A DNA stretch of 46,644 nt from Chiloscyllium plagiosum (taxonomy: Eukaryota). The notes below the pieces were generated by a model, which ran no database searches, was not told the DNA's origin, and saw nothing but the letters and a program-made list of their open reading frames with translations. The number at the start of each line of letters is the position of its first letter. The stretch's first letter is position 1. Made by a program: the position numbers and the translations under genes. Shown in pieces: positions 44,641 through 46,644 of this stretch. The stretch lies in assembly GCF_004010195.1 (NCBI RefSeq), contig NC_057719.1, forward strand, positions 38,302,097-38,348,740, in the 5' to 3' direction.

Positions 44641-45930
44641 TTAAATCCATGATAATGCATCTGCTATCACGCTTTTACGACCTGCAACATGTACAATTTG
44701 TAAATTAAAAGTCTGTAATGTAAGACTCCAATGAAATAATTTCATATTTTTCTCTTTAAATCTTGGCAAGTATTTAAGAGAATTGTGGTCTGTTTAGACA
44801 ACCCCCTGTCTCCAACATGTTCATCACATAAACATTGAAATGTTGTAAGACCAGTATCAAACTTGATAATTCTTTTTCGATGGTAGAGTATTTTCTCTGG
44901 TGGGTATTGAGTTTCTTTGAAAAGTAGCCAATTGGCCATGCAACTCCATCACATGCTTCCTGTAGCAGTACAGCTCCAATTGCTATATTGCTAGTATCGA
45001 TTGCAACTTTGAAGGGTTTCAAACCATTTGGTGTAGCTTCAACTCATGTGGTGGTTAATACTGCTTTTAAATTCTCAAATGCCTCCTGGCATTATTCTAT
45101 CCACCGAAAGTTTGTTTCTTCTTCAGTAAATCTGTTAGCAGTGCCACCACGTTGCTGAAGTTTGGAGCAAACTTCTGGTGGAATCCTCTTAGTCCCAAAA
45201 ATCGAAGTGCCTCTTTCTTCGAATATGATGGTGAAAATTCCTCGATGGCCTTCATCTTTGCGTTCCTTGGAGTCAACCTTTCATGACCGATGTTGTGTCC
45301 CAAGAATGTCACCTCTGCCTTCGTAAATTCTGTTTTCTTTAAGTTTATTACCATGTTTGCTTCTTGAAATCATTCAAAGAGCTGTGCCAACTGTACTATG
45401 TGATCTCACTAAAGATCACTACATTATCCAGATAAACTGCACAATTTGTTAATCTAGCCACAACCCTGTTCATGAGTCTTTGGAATGTGGTTGGTGCGTT
45501 CTTCATTCCAAAGGGCATTGCTTTGAATTGATATAGCCCATGTGGGGTTACAAACACAGAAACTTCTTTTGCTTTCACTGATAAAGGTACCTGCTAATAA
45601 ACATGCAGTAAGTCCAAATTTGTGATGCAAGTGGCTTGTCCAACTTTCTCTACACAGTCTTCCAATCTTGGATTGGATGGGAAACTGATTTTGTTATGAC
45701 GTTAACCTTCTGCTAGCCCACACAAAATCATTGTGTCCCGTCAGGTTTGGGAACTAACATAATTGGCAAACTCCACTCACTCTGACTTGGTTTGATGAGC
45801 TTCGCATCCACTTCCTTCTGAACTTGTGTGGCTTTGAGAGGATTAAGCCTGTCTGGGTGTTGTACTATTGGAACGACATTCCCTACTTCCATCTCATGCA
45901 CAATTAGTCCTCCTCATCATACTCTTGCAT
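44641..45930 (-). mobile_element. Degenerate Ty3/Gypsy pol fragment (RT + RNase H), frameshifted
   Basis: FVTPHGLYQFKAMPFGMKNAPTTFQRLMN...VYLDN; VTFLGH; LRFLG; FKVAIDTSNIAIGAVLLQ; YFSKKL...YSTIEKEL; WSLTLQTFNLQIVHVAGRKSVIADALSWI*. Confidence 0.93.
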
Positions 45931-46644
45931 ATAGACAATAGACAATACATGCAGGAGTAGGCCATTCAGCCCTTCGAGCCTGCACCGCCATTCAATATGA
46001 TCATGGCTGATCATTCCTAATCAGTATCCTCTTCCTGCCTTATCTCCATAACCCTTGATTCCACTATCTTTGAGAGCTCTATCCAACTCTTTCAGAGAAT
46101 AGACAATAGGTGCAGGAGTAGGCCATTCAGCTCTTCGAGCCTGCACCGCCATTCAATATAATCATGGCTGATCATTCCTAATCAGTATCCTCTTCCTGCC
46201 TTATCTCCATAACCCTTGATTCCACTATCTTTGAGAGCTCTATCCAACTCTTTCTTAAATGAATCCAGAGACTGGGGGTCTCCACTGCCCTCTGGGGCAG
46301 AGCATTCCACACAGCCACCACTCTCTGGGTGAAGAAGTTTCTCCTCATCGCTGTCCTAAATGGTCTACCCCGTATTTCTAAGCTGTGTCCTCTGGTTCGG
46401 CACTCACCCATCACCCTCCAGAGTGTCCAATCCTTTAATAATCTTATACGTCTCAATCATATCCCCTCTCAGTCTTCTAAACTCAAGGGTACACAAGCCC
46501 AGTCGCTCCAGTCTTTCAGTGTAAGGTAATCCCACCATTCCAGGAATTGACCTCGTGAACCTACGCTGCACTCCCTCAATACCAGAATGTCTTTCCTCAA
46601 ATTTGGAGACCAGAACCGCACACAATACTCCAGGTGTGGTCTCA
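45931..46644 (-). mobile_element. CR1-clade LINE 3' end inserted in the Gypsy element, with a duplicated 3' terminus
   Basis: EGVQRRFTR.IPGM..L.Y.ERLERLGL..LEFRRLRGDMIETYKII; TRGH; RRNFFTQRVV; (ATAGACA)n tail. Confidence 0.9.

Overview
Vertebrate genomic DNA, very probably from a cartilaginous fish (inferred from HE1/V-SINE-like SINEs, CR1/HER1-like LINEs and Penelope-type repeats). The window holds the complete coding region of one gene, TRAF3 (+ strand). It has 10 GT-AG coding exons from 11844 to 37994, giving 1728 nt / 575 aa with RING, zinc fingers, coiled coil and a TRAF-C/MATH domain. The promoter and any non-coding first exon(s) were not located. The rest is intronic or intergenic and rich in repeats. 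The most notable signals are: (1) short mobile elements carrying minimal hammerhead-ribozyme cores (CTGA[T/A]GA-A-stem-GAAA-C-[G/A]TC). Several are arranged as back-to-back hairpins with target-site duplications, and the same repeat ends a Penelope-like reverse-transcriptase fragment; at least two further related families are present. (2) A Gypsy LTR retrotransposon whose pol ends straight after RNase H, as in Gmr1-type elements. (3) Compact immune-type motif clusters (ISRE+GAS+kB+PU.1 near a CTCF site; kB+AP-1) inside or upstream of TRAF3. There is one 528-N assembly gap. Repeat boundaries were read by eye and are approximate.
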